From: an uncultured Chloroflexia bacterium
GTDB taxonomy: Bacteria > Chloroflexota > Limnocylindria > Limnocylindrales > CSP1-4
DNA length: 64,000 bases
Direction of reading: 5' to 3'
Assembly (NCBI GenBank): GCA_963734535.1
Contig: CAVTHS010000006.1
Location: 207,901 to 271,900 of the forward strand
The notes under the pieces are model-generated. The model saw only the letters and a list, made by a program, of their open reading frames with translations. It did no database searches and had not been told where the DNA came from. Made by a program: the position numbers and the translations under genes. Within the stretch, counting starts at the first letter, position 1; every line of letters begins with the position of its first letter. Below, piece by piece: positions 1 through 8,789 of this stretch.

Positions 1-2
1 GG

Positions 3-572
3 ATGGGCCTGCCCGCTGCGGCGCCGGTCGCGGCGCTCGGGCGTCGGAGCGTCGCGTACATCGTCGACTCGCTGATCATCGGCCTCGCCTACGTCGTGAT
101 CGGCGTCGTCTTCGACTCCCTCTTCGGGCCGCTCGTCGAGGCGACACCCGACGGGCTGGCGCTCGTGGTGGTCGCGGTCAACCCGCTCCGCGTGGCCCTG
201 GAGCTCACCGCGACGCTCGTCGTCGACGCGCTCTACTTCGCCGGGTGCTGGTGTCGCTGGGGCGCGACGCCCGCGCAGCGCGTGCTCGGGATCCGGGTCC
301 GGCTGGCGGATGCCGAGCCTTCGACGCCGGGTGGGCCCCGTGCGCTTCCGGTCGAGGCAGCCGGGCGTCGCTGGGCGGTCCTGGCGATCCTCCCGATCGC
401 GACGGGCTCCCTGTCGGCGAGCGGTGCCGTCGACGTCAGCGTCCTGGCCCTCGTGAACGGCGCGTGGTTCCTGGTCCTGCTCGTCTCCGCGGCCGTGGAC
501 CCGCTCCGGCGCGGCCTCCACGACCGTGCCGGGGGCACGATCGTCGTCCCGATCGCCCGCCGTCCCACCTGA
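3..572 (+). CDS. RDD family membrane protein (5' end may lie before the window)
   Basis: 'LGRRSVAYIVDSLI', 'GATPAQRVLGIRV' and 'RRGLHDRAGGTIVV' are the RDD hallmark motifs. Confidence 0.85.
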   Translation: MGLPAAAPVAALGRRSVAYIVDSLIIGLAYVVIGVVFDSLFGPLVEATPDGLALVVVAVNPLRVALELTATLVVDALYFAGCWCRWGATPAQRVLGIRVRLADAEPSTPGGPRALPVEAAGRRWAVLAILPIATGSLSASGAVDVSVLALVNGAWFLVLLVSAAVDPLRRGLHDRAGGTIVVPIARRPT

Positions 573-660
573 TGGGTTCGGGCTGCCGGCGGCGCCGTCG
601 GGGGCCTTCGGTGCCCGCCGCGGGAGGCGACCGATCGGCTGTCAATGGTCCGCAGGGCAT

Positions 661-735
661 TCATCCACACGGCGTCCACACCGCGGCGAAGTTGGTGGAC
701 GGGCGGAGCGGGCGGACTCGCATCTTCGTGGATAA
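661..735. promoter_or_regulatory. Cluster of DnaA-box-like 9-mers
   Basis: TCATCCACA (661-669), GCGTCCACA (672-680) and TTATCCACG on the minus strand (727-735), versus consensus TTATCCACA/TTGTCCACA. Confidence 0.4.
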
Positions 736-740
736 CCGGG

Positions 741-769
741 TTGCCGGAGGGTTGTCGGGGCGCGATGAT
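741..769 (+). promoter_or_regulatory. Putative sigma70 promoter for the downstream structured RNA
   Basis: TTGCCG-17 nt-GATGAT. The same GCGATGATC -10 context recurs at 47892-47900. The predicted start (~775-776) coincides with the 5' end of the long helix. Confidence 0.5.
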
Positions 770-774
770 CTCCC

Positions 775-922
775 TGCCCGGAGGGGCTACGACAGCCGAC
801 GACCCGGCGATCACATCAACGGGTCACGGCGAGGTGATCGGGAGCAATCCCGGTTGCTCTCCCTCCGAGGTCGCGCCGCGATTGCATCAAGGTTGCTTCC
901 TCGGACGTGGTTCCTCTGGGCA
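775..922 (+). ncRNA. Candidate structured non-coding RNA (~148 nt, multi-branch), family not recognised
   Basis: A 17-bp closing helix 775-791/906-922 with 4 G-U pairs (favours the + strand). Inner hairpins at 801-826, 828-862 (GGGA-GCAA-TCCC GNRA tetraloop) and 864-905. Lies in an ~800 bp gap between convergent genes. Confidence 0.55.
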
Positions 923-1381
923 CTGCTGTGTCCCGCGCGGGGCCGCCGGTGAGCGCACCCGTGGATCGCCTGACCGCCGGGAACGCGCCGACACCATGTG
1001 GGCGAGGGTCGCCCGGGCGCCGAGCTCCACCCGACCGGAGCGCGCAACCCGGTGTCGCCCACGACGAACCGGTGGCGCCCACGACGAACAGATCGCGCGG
1101 ATCGGGCACCTCCGCCCCGCCGCAGGAAGCGGCGAGCGCCGCTTGTTCGCATTGGGCGACCGATCGGCGAGGATCGGCCCGCCACGCTGGCCCGCGACCG
1201 TGCGATTCGGGCCGTCTGTTCGCCGCAGGCGACCGGCGAGGTGGAGGCCGGCGCGCAGGCCCCGGCTGCTGGGCGATGAGCGTGGAGGCACTCGAACGGA
1301 GGCCGTCGCCGGCGCCGCCGCGCTGGCCGGTCGGCGTCCTGTCGGCGGAGATTGCCGGTCGGCGGAGATCGCCGACCGGCG

Positions 1382-2064
1382 TCAGGTCGGCGGGACCAGG
1401 TTCTCGCGATCCGTGAGCGGATCGGCGGCGGGTGTCGCGCACAGGAAGTAGCGCAGTCGCGTTCGCCCGATGTTCGCGATGGCATGCGGGAGCCCCATCT
1501 CCACGCGGACACCCTTCAGCGGCTCGAGCGTCTCCTCCAGCGACCCGACCCGGACCGAGCCGCGCCCCTCGAGGACGACGACCACGTGCTCGGAGGCCAG
1601 GTGGCGGTGCCAGCCGGTCGTGGCTCCCGGATCCAGCTCGATCTCGGACACGCTGAAGCTGAGGGTGCCGAAGTCGCCGGGCTCCACGAGCACGCGATGC
1701 CGAGGCCGGGCGTGGTGATCAGGCGGGCACCCTCGCGGCGCCGGACCGGCTCGCCGGGCCGCGCTCGCCACGACGGCTGGTCGTCGGCCGGGCGAGCGGG
1801 GTCGATGTCGATCGCGGCACGCAGCGCAAGGGCGTCGATGGCTCCGTCGTTGCGGCCGATGCCCTCGTCGGCCGGTGCCTCGTAGAGAACGTCACCGGCC
1901 CGGACGACGACGCGCCGGCTCAGCGCGATCCCGTGCTCGAAGACGATCTCGCCGGCTGCCACGTAGACCACTGCCTCCTGGCCGCGGAGGCGCGGGCTGA
2001 TCTGCCTGCCCGGCGGGATCCGGTCGAGGTGGAGCTGGATCGCCATGCCCGGGTGGACGCCCAT
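1382..2064 (-). CDS. Two-domain cupin protein (frameshift near 1700)
   Basis: N-half 'GQEAVVYVAAGEIVF...RAGDVLY' in one frame; C-half 'PGATTGWHRH..SEHVVVVLEG...GLPHAIAN' in another. Confidence 0.7.
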
Positions 2065-2100
2065 TCGTTGCGCCGTCAGCCGTCGTTGCGCCGTCAGCCG
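2065..2100. repeat. Perfect 18-bp tandem duplication
   Basis: TCGTTGCGCCGTCAGCCG x2, spanning the thyX stop. Confidence 0.85.
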
Positions 2101-2954
2101 TCGACCACGGCGACGTCGCGACCGGCGGCGCGAGCGGCCTTTGCCTTCTCGGCCCAGGCGCCGAGGACCGAATCGCGGTGCGGCCGGATCGGGCAGTGCT
2201 CGTCCCGGTTGCCCATCTCGTCGCAGTAGCCGAGGGGGACGCACTTGGGGGCCAGGAAGCTTCCCAGGAAGGGGCTGACGGCGAACACCTCGTGGCGGAT
2301 GAGCTGGAAGAGGCGCCGGATTTCCCACTGCGCCATCGTGCACAGCCGGAGCCCCGACATGTGGATCAGCGCCCGCAGGTTCGCGGTCATGACCAGGTTC
2401 GTGCGTGTCGCGTTGGGGAAGACGAAGCGGGCGTCCTCGCCCGGGATCCCCGCGGCAAGCAGCTCGCCGTACAGGTCGAGCGCACCGTCGACCTGCGCCT
2501 CGTACCGGGCGCGAAGCGCCGGGTCCGCGTCCGCGAGCGTCCCCGGGAGCATCGTGGCCGCCCCGGCGTATTTCACGTACCGCTGGCTCTGCTGGTCGAA
2601 GGCGACCCCGGCCCGATGGCGGACCAGCTGGTGGGAGAGCGTGCGGCTGACCCCGCTGATTCCGAACGTGAAGACCACGTGCTCGATCGTGCTGCCGTGG
2701 CCCAATTCGACGACGCCGCTGATCAGCTTCTGCATCTTCGCCCGGTCGATCTCGCCGGATTCCGCGCGCCGGAAGATCTCGGCCGGCTCCAGCTCCGAGT
2801 AGCACGTCCGGCAGGCCGTGTAGATGAGCGGCACGTAGAAGCGCTCGACGATCTCGCGCGACGGGAACAGGAGCGTCGCCTTCATCCCGAGGTCGCGCCG
2901 CCCCGGGTTGGGCTGGATGCCGGGCTTCTCGTGGGTGGGTTGGGACTCGGCCAT
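2094..2954 (-). CDS. thyX: FAD-dependent thymidylate synthase
   Basis: 'GHGSTIEH', 'SRTLSHQLVRHRAGVAFDQQSQRYV', 'EDARFVFPN', 'AQWEIR'. Confidence 0.95.
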   Translation of the reverse strand: MAESQPTHEKPGIQPNPGRRDLGMKATLLFPSREIVERFYVPLIYTACRTCYSELEPAEIFRRAESGEIDRAKMQKLISGVVELGHGSTIEHVVFTFGISGVSRTLSHQLVRHRAGVAFDQQSQRYVKYAGAATMLPGTLADADPALRARYEAQVDGALDLYGELLAAGIPGEDARFVFPNATRTNLVMTANLRALIHMSGLRLCTMAQWEIRRLFQLIRHEVFAVSPFLGSFLAPKCVPLGYCDEMGNRDEHCPIRPHRDSVLGAWAEKAKAARAAGRDVAVVDG

Positions 2955-3026
2955 GCTCAGCGGAGGATAGCCGGTCGGCAGCGCGCCCGGCGGGCCGGCC
3001 GGCGGCTCCGCAGACCGCTCCGACGC

Positions 3027-4382
3027 TCAGGCGCCGGTGGGCGCGCGGGTCCCGACCGAGCCGCCCTCGGCGGCGTGGAACCAAGTCCAGATCAGGAACG
3101 TGCCCACCGTGTACAGGACGATGATCGTGGCGAAGTTGATCGCGTACCCGGCTGTGAATCCGAGGGTGGCCTGGAGCAGGCTGTACCAGGGTCCGGCGAT
3201 GACCCAGCCGAGCGACCAGGCGAGGCTGGCGGCGGCGGCGTAGGTGGCCCGCTCGCGCGCCGGGAGCCGTTCCATCGCGAACGCGTTGAAGATCGGGTTG
3301 CCCGCGTTCATCAGCGAGTTGCGGATCGCCATCGAGCCGATGACCGTCCACAGGATCGGGCTGAAGCCGAGCACGGCGAGGAACGGGATGCTGGCGGCCT
3401 GGACCAGCACGACCGAGCCGATCTTGCCGACCCGCCGCGCCAGGGCGGGCTGGAACAGGATCGCGAGGGTGGTCCCGAGGCTCGTGAGCGCAAAGACCGC
3501 GTTGAGCGACTCGAGGTCGAGCCCGAACTTCCCCTGCACGAACAGGTTGAGGTACGGGATCACCTGGCCGGCCCCGAGCGAGATCAGGAACCCCGGCAGG
3601 ATGAGGCGCATGAAGGTCGCGCGATCTGAGATCCGCGGAAGCCCGATCCGGACGGAGCTCCGGCGACGGGTCAGGTCTGGCCGCGCGGCCAGTGGCTCGC
3701 CGCTCCACGGGAGCCCGGGCCGTCCTTCGAGCGTCCGCCAATCGCGCCGTCGCCCCCGCGGCCGGTCATCGCGCACCGCCAGCAGGATCGTCGTGGCGAC
3801 GAGGGCGGCCGCGAGCATCAGGACGAGCAGCACGCGGTAGGCGGCCGGATCGCCGGTCGAAAAGCCGCCGAGGCTGGCCGCCAGCGCCGCGATCGCGCCC
3901 CCGGCGAGCGCCGCGACGACGTTGACCCCGGTCGAGATGGCGCCCTGGAGCGAGAACAGCTCGCTCCGGTGGTCCGCGTGGCTGTGCTCGGTCATGAACG
4001 GCGACTGGACCACGAAGAACGTCTGGTTCGCGGCTCCGATCAGAGCCGCGCAGGCGACGACAACGAGCGAGGACCCGACCAGGAGCAGACCGACGATACC
4101 GACCGCGGAGACGCCCGTCGCGAGGACCAGCACGAGCCGGCGACCGATCCGATCCGACAGCATGCTCGCCGGGAACGCCGCCACCGCCCCGGCGCCGGAC
4201 GACGCCATGCCCACGATCCCGATGAACGCGTTGTCGAAGCCCAACGCCTTGAGGTAGAGGTTGAAGTCGACCCACCAGAGGCTCAGGGTGACGCCGTAGA
4301 CGCACGTGGCCAGGAGGAAGATCCGGGCGTCGCGCTCGAAGCCCGTGAAGCTCCGCGCGTAGCGCCGCAGCGCCGCGGTCAC
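3027..4382 (-). CDS. MFS transporter
   Basis: About 12 hydrophobic segments; motif A 'LSDRIGRR'. Confidence 0.9.
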   Translation of the reverse strand: MTAALRRYARSFTGFERDARIFLLATCVYGVTLSLWWVDFNLYLKALGFDNAFIGIVGMASSGAGAVAAFPASMLSDRIGRRLVLVLATGVSAVGIVGLLLVGSSLVVVACAALIGAANQTFFVVQSPFMTEHSHADHRSELFSLQGAISTGVNVVAALAGGAIAALAASLGGFSTGDPAAYRVLLVLMLAAALVATTILLAVRDDRPRGRRRDWRTLEGRPGLPWSGEPLAARPDLTRRRSSVRIGLPRISDRATFMRLILPGFLISLGAGQVIPYLNLFVQGKFGLDLESLNAVFALTSLGTTLAILFQPALARRVGKIGSVVLVQAASIPFLAVLGFSPILWTVIGSMAIRNSLMNAGNPIFNAFAMERLPARERATYAAAASLAWSLGWVIAGPWYSLLQATLGFTAGYAINFATIIVLYTVGTFLIWTWFHAAEGGSVGTRAPTGA

Positions 4383-4542
4383 GCCCCCCCGACCGGTGGG
4401 ATCGCCGGACCGGCGCCCCTCGGCGGGGGCAGGTCAGTCGGCGCGGTCGGCGCAGCCATGAGCGTGATCCTCGATGACATTGGGGCGGGCGGCGGCGTCC
4501 ATCGTACCGGGTGGCACGGCCATCCGGCCGGCGCCCGGCGGG

Positions 4543-7320
4543 TTACCGGTCGGGCGGCTCCGTCCCGGCAGGGAAGGGATCGGCCTCGCCGAGCGCATAG
4601 GCGACAGCGAGGTCGAGCGGGAGGCCGCGACCCTCGAGCTCCAGCCGCTCCAGCTCGCCGGCATTCATCGCCACACGCGCGTTCGGTCGCGTGGCCTGCT
4701 CGAACAGCTCCTCGACCATGCGGGCAAGCTCCGTGCCGGTCGACTGCGTCAGCTGCCGGGCTGCCCCGCGCAGCCGCGCCGCGCGCTCGAGGTCGCCAGC
4801 CGTCACCGCCACGGCCGACAGGTCGTCGAGGACCATGGTGATCCCCGACAGGTCGCCGGCCTCGTGGAAATGGCCCAGGGAGTGCCGCATCATGTCGGCC
4901 GCGTGCTCGACGCGGCCCAGCTTGAGGACCGTGGAGCCCAGCATGTGGAGCGCCCAGGCCTCCATGGTGCGGTTCCCCACCGCCCGGAAGTGCTCGAGGG
5001 ATCGGACGTACCAGCCCTCCGCCTCCACCTCGTCCGAGGCGAAGTAGTAGAGGCCGCCGATCCCCCACAGCACGTTGCCCTGCCCGAGTCGATCGCCGAT
5101 CGCCTCGTAGTTCTGGAGCGCCTCGTCGAGGTTGGCGCGGGCGCGCTTCCAGGACTCGGCCTCCGCGCTGCCTGCCATCAGGTTCGAGACCTCGCCCGAG
5201 CCCAGGTTGTAGAGCGCGTTGGCGATCTCGCTCCGGTCGCCGATCGTGCGCCAGATCTCCAGGGCGGCCTCGTACCAGGCTCGCGAGGCGGCGGCGTCGG
5301 CCTGCCAGTACGCGACACCCCCCAGCGCCTCCAGCAGGCGGGCATGCGCCTGGGGAGCCAGGTCCCAGCGGTGATCCTCGAGCGCGCTGAGCCGGCGACG
5401 TCCCTCGCGGAGATAGCCGCGCTGCTGCCAGAAGCGCCAGAGCGCGAAGCCGAGCCGAACGGCCGCCTCGGGATCAGGAATCGCCTCGGCGCGGTCGAGG
5501 GCGGCCCGGAAGTTGTCCGCGTCAGCGTCCAGCCGGTCCAGCCACGCGCGCTGCTCGGGCCCGGAGAGCCCGGCGGCTGCCCGCTCGGCCAGCTCCAGGT
5601 AGGCGGCGAGATGGCGATCACGGATCGCCCGCCCCTCGCCGGACGCATCGAGACGCTCTGCCCCGTAGGTCCGGATGGTGTCGAGCAGCGAGAAGCGCGC
5701 GGTCCCGGCGACGTCGTCGCTGCGGACGAGCGACTGGTCGACGAGCGCGCCGAGCACGTCGACGAGGTCGCCGCCGAGCGCGCCGTCCGCATCGCAGATC
5801 TGCTCGATGAGGGGCAGGTCCCCGCCGCCGACGAAGACCGAGAGCCGGGCCAGGAGGAGCCGGCCGGCATCGTCGAGCAGGTCGTAGCTCCAGGCGATCG
5901 CGCCGCGGAGCGTCCGCTGTCGCTCGGGCAGGTCGCGCGACGCCGAGGCGAGGAGCTCAAGGCGGTGCTCCAGGCGCTCGAGGATGGCGTCCGGGGCCAG
6001 GACCTTGACGCGCGCGGCGGCGAGCTCGATCGCGAGCGGCAGGCCCTGCAGCGTGGCGCAGATCCCGGCGACGGCCGGCGCATTCGCACTGGTGACCCGG
6101 AATTCCGGGCGGACGGCGAGGGCGCGCGCCACGAAGAGCCGGACCGCCTCGTACTGGCCGAGCGTCGCGGGGTCGCCGGCGCGGATCTCGGCAGGCAGGC
6201 GGGCCGCCTCGAGCGTCGAGAGGCGGCGCGGATCGGGGGGCGCCGGCAGCCCCGGGACGGCGTATTCCTGCTCCCCGGAGACGTGCAGCGCGCCCCGGCT
6301 CGTGGTCACGATCGTGAGGGCCGGGCATGTCCGCAGGAGCTGCGCGACGAGCGGGGCCGCCGCGATGACCTGCTCGAAGTTGTCGAGCACGAGCAGGCAG
6401 GCGCGCGGAGCGAGGTGCTCTACCAGCAGGTCGAGGGTGGGGCGGACGCCGCTGTCGGTCAGCCCGACGGCGCGGGCGACCGTGCCCGCCACCAGCCCGG
6501 CCTCCCGAAGCGGCTCGAGCGGCACGAACCAGACCCCGTCCGGGTAGCGGTCCGCGGCCGCGGCCGCGACCTGGAGCGCCAGGCGCGTCTTGCCGATGCC
6601 GCCGGGGCCAGTGAGGGTCAGGAGCCGCGACGCGTCGAGCAGCAGGAGCGTGGCCGCGAGGTCGCGGTCGCGACCCACGAACGACGTCAGCTGGGTCGGC
6701 AGGTTGTTGGGTCGCCGGTCGAGCGAACGGATCGGTGGGAAGTCGGCCGGGAGGCCCACGGCGACGAGCTGCGCGAGGCGCTCCGGCCGGAGGTCCTTGA
6801 GGCGGTGCTCCCCGAGGTCGCGGATCGACACGTCCGGGGGGAGCATCCCGCCGATGAGCGAGCGAGTCGTCTCCGAGACCAGGACCTGGCCGCCGTGGCC
6901 TGCCGCGGCGATGCGCGCGGCCCGGTGGACCTCGAGCGACGTGTAGCCGCCGTCTGACGTGGGTGTCGCCTCGCCGGTGTGGAGTCCCATCCGGACCCGG
7001 ATCTGCGAACCCTCGGGCCAGGGATGTGCGGCAAGGGCTCGCTGCGCCGCGACGCAGGCGGCCGCGGCCGCGCTCGCGCTGGCAAACGCGACGAAGAACG
7101 CGTCGCCCTCCGTCTGCACCTCGACGCCGCCCGCCGCCTCGAAGGCGGCCCGAAGGATGGCGCGGTGCGCCTCCAGGAGGGGCTCGTACGCGCTCCCCAG
7201 GCGCGTGATCAGCGCGGTCGAGCCCTCGATGTCGGTGAAGAGGAAGGTGACCGTCCCGGCGGGGAGCGGCCGCCGGGTGCCGGCGAGCGCGGGCGGTTCC
7301 ACGGGGGCGGGCGGTTCCAC
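4543..7320 (-). CDS. Class III adenylate/guanylate cyclase fused to NB-ARC (STAND) ATPase and TPR-like repeats
   Basis: 'FLFTDIEGST', 'EGDAF', 'RMGLHTGE', Walker A 'GPGGIGKTRLA', 'LVLDNFE', 'GLPLAIELAAAR'; C-terminal helical repeats. Confidence 0.92.
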   Translation of the reverse strand: MEPPAPVEPPALAGTRRPLPAGTVTFLFTDIEGSTALITRLGSAYEPLLEAHRAILRAAFEAAGGVEVQTEGDAFFVAFASASAAAAACVAAQRALAAHPWPEGSQIRVRMGLHTGEATPTSDGGYTSLEVHRAARIAAAGHGGQVLVSETTRSLIGGMLPPDVSIRDLGEHRLKDLRPERLAQLVAVGLPADFPPIRSLDRRPNNLPTQLTSFVGRDRDLAATLLLLDASRLLTLTGPGGIGKTRLALQVAAAAADRYPDGVWFVPLEPLREAGLVAGTVARAVGLTDSGVRPTLDLLVEHLAPRACLLVLDNFEQVIAAAPLVAQLLRTCPALTIVTTSRGALHVSGEQEYAVPGLPAPPDPRRLSTLEAARLPAEIRAGDPATLGQYEAVRLFVARALAVRPEFRVTSANAPAVAGICATLQGLPLAIELAAARVKVLAPDAILERLEHRLELLASASRDLPERQRTLRGAIAWSYDLLDDAGRLLLARLSVFVGGGDLPLIEQICDADGALGGDLVDVLGALVDQSLVRSDDVAGTARFSLLDTIRTYGAERLDASGEGRAIRDRHLAAYLELAERAAAGLSGPEQRAWLDRLDADADNFRAALDRAEAIPDPEAAVRLGFALWRFWQQRGYLREGRRRLSALEDHRWDLAPQAHARLLEALGGVAYWQADAAASRAWYEAALEIWRTIGDRSEIANALYNLGSGEVSNLMAGSAEAESWKRARANLDEALQNYEAIGDRLGQGNVLWGIGGLYYFASDEVEAEGWYVRSLEHFRAVGNRTMEAWALHMLGSTVLKLGRVEHAADMMRHSLGHFHEAGDLSGITMVLDDLSAVAVTAGDLERAARLRGAARQLTQSTGTELARMVEELFEQATRPNARVAMNAGELERLELEGRGLPLDLAVAYALGEADPFPAGTEPPDR

Positions 7321-7324
7321 GGGC
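7289..7324. repeat. 18-bp tandem duplication (VEPPAP x2)
   Basis: GCGGGCGGTTCCACGGG(G/C) twice. Confidence 0.8.
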
Positions 7325-7429
7325 GCGATGCTGCGCCAGCGCGGCACGGCCGTCAACGCCACGTCGCGTCCGGGTTGGACGGCGCCCGCCGCGCGGCACA
7401 CGGGCAGCGCGGCAGCCGACAGCGCGCCT

Positions 7430-7466
7430 GTCAGCCGTTGACGGCTAACCGGCGTTCTCGTAGCCT
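7430..7466 (+). promoter_or_regulatory. Leaderless promoter with a palindromic operator over -35
   Basis: TTGACG(7438-43)-17-TAGCCT(7461-66)-6 nt-GTG(7473); palindrome GTCAGCCGT-TG-ACGGCTAAC at 7430-7449. Confidence 0.7.
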
Positions 7467-7472
7467 CACGTC

Positions 7473-8027
7473 GTGGACGTACTCCGCCTCGCGGCCCTCG
7501 CCGAGCCGGTCACGACGACGGGGCCTTCGCCGGTCACGACGACGGCGCGGACCGGGACGCTCCACGACGTGCTCGACCGGGTCATCGGCTCCCGGCTTGA
7601 TCGGGCCGGCGCCCCTGTCCGCTGGGGGATCGGTGCCGGTCTTGACGGTCGCGTCGGCCCAGGGGCGCGCCGCGCTCGCCATCCGGAGCGCGCGTGATCG
7701 AGGAGGCTGGCTCGGGTTCGCGACCGGCGACCCGTGGCGGGACGCGCTCCTGGCGGACCTCGTCGTCGTGCTGGCCGCGCTCCTCGACGACCTGACGCCG
7801 CGCCAGGCCGAGATCGCCGGCCGGGTCCTGGTTGACGGGGCACGCCAGGCGGAGGTCGCCGCCGCGCTCGGCGTGAGCCGCGCGACGGTCTCGGTCGCGG
7901 TCGCGCGCGGTCGCCTGCCCGCCATTGCGAGTGCCCGAAGGGCGATCGAGTCGCTCCTGCGTCGGCCCGCCACCAGTGGCGCACGGCCGCGGCGAGGGCG
8001 GCTGCCCCGTCCGCACCGCCGCGATGA
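7473..8027 (+). CDS. SatD-like protein with C-terminal HTH (frameshifted; end approximate)
   Basis: 'VRWGIGAG' then, in a shifted frame, 'LTPRQAEIAGRVLVDGARQAEVAAALGVSRATVS'. Confidence 0.55.
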
Positions 8028-8767
8028 TCGGGGCGCTCCTCGCCGGGCTCGCGGCCGGGTACGGCATCGCGATCCCCGTCGGCGCGGTGTCCGTCCTCAT
8101 CGTGGAGACGGGGTTCCGGTCGGGCTTCCGGTCCGCCGCGGCTGCCGGGGCCGGCGCCGCGACGGCCGACGCGGTCTACGCCACGATCGCGGCGGTCTTC
8201 GGCACCGCGCTCGCGGCGGCGCTCATCCCCTGGCAGGCGCCGCTCCGGGTGGCCGCGGTCGTCGTCCTCGTGGGTCTCGCGCTGCGCGGTTTCCGGTCCG
8301 TGGCGCGTGACGCCGAGCGAGCGAGCGATGGCGGGTCGGGATCCGCGCCGTCGCCCGGTCCGGGTTCCGCACCATCGTCCCGCGGCTCGCCCGGTCCGGC
8401 GGCTGCACTTCCGCCTGCTGGCCCGCCCGCCGGCCCGATCGGCCCGGGGGCCGGGAGCCTCGAGCCGCGATCGGCGCGCCGGACCTATGCGGCCTTCCTG
8501 GGGCTCACGTTGCTCAACCCGATGACGATCACCTACTTCGCCGCGCTCATCGTCGGCCTCGGCGGGACCGGGACTGCGCCGATCGAGAAGCTCGCCTTCG
8601 TCGTCGCGGCGTTCGGCGCCTCGCTCTCCTGGCAGACGCTGATCGCCGCCGCCGGGGCTGCGCTGCATCGCCGGCTGGGGCCGCGCCTGCGCCTCTCGGT
8701 CGGCGTCACCGGCAATGCCATCGTCCTGGCCTTCGCGGTCGTCATCGCCGCCGGCCTCGCGAGGTAG
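8024..8767 (+). CDS. LysE family translocator
   Basis: 'IAIPVGAVSVL', 'GAATADAVY', 'LTLLNPMTITYF'. Confidence 0.88.
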   Translation: MIGALLAGLAAGYGIAIPVGAVSVLIVETGFRSGFRSAAAAGAGAATADAVYATIAAVFGTALAAALIPWQAPLRVAAVVVLVGLALRGFRSVARDAERASDGGSGSAPSPGPGSAPSSRGSPGPAAALPPAGPPAGPIGPGAGSLEPRSARRTYAAFLGLTLLNPMTITYFAALIVGLGGTGTAPIEKLAFVVAAFGASLSWQTLIAAAGAALHRRLGPRLRLSVGVTGNAIVLAFAVVIAAGLAR

Positions 8768-8789
8768 CGCGCCGCGACGGCCGACCGTG

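Noticed and set aside
640-760. Replication origin (oriC)
   Set aside because: Only 2-3 imperfect DnaA boxes, no AT-rich unwinding element and no dnaA/dnaN nearby.
775-1035. tRNA-Sec, SRP RNA, tmRNA, RNase P RNA or SAM-I riboswitch identity for the structured region
   Set aside because: The diagnostic motifs (T-loop/CCA, SRP GGAA domain, GAGGAAAGUCC, SAM core order) are absent.
7505-7545. GCCGGTCACGACGACGG repeated at 24-bp spacing
   Set aside because: In-frame low-complexity duplication (PVTTT x2) within a CDS; no independent function evident.
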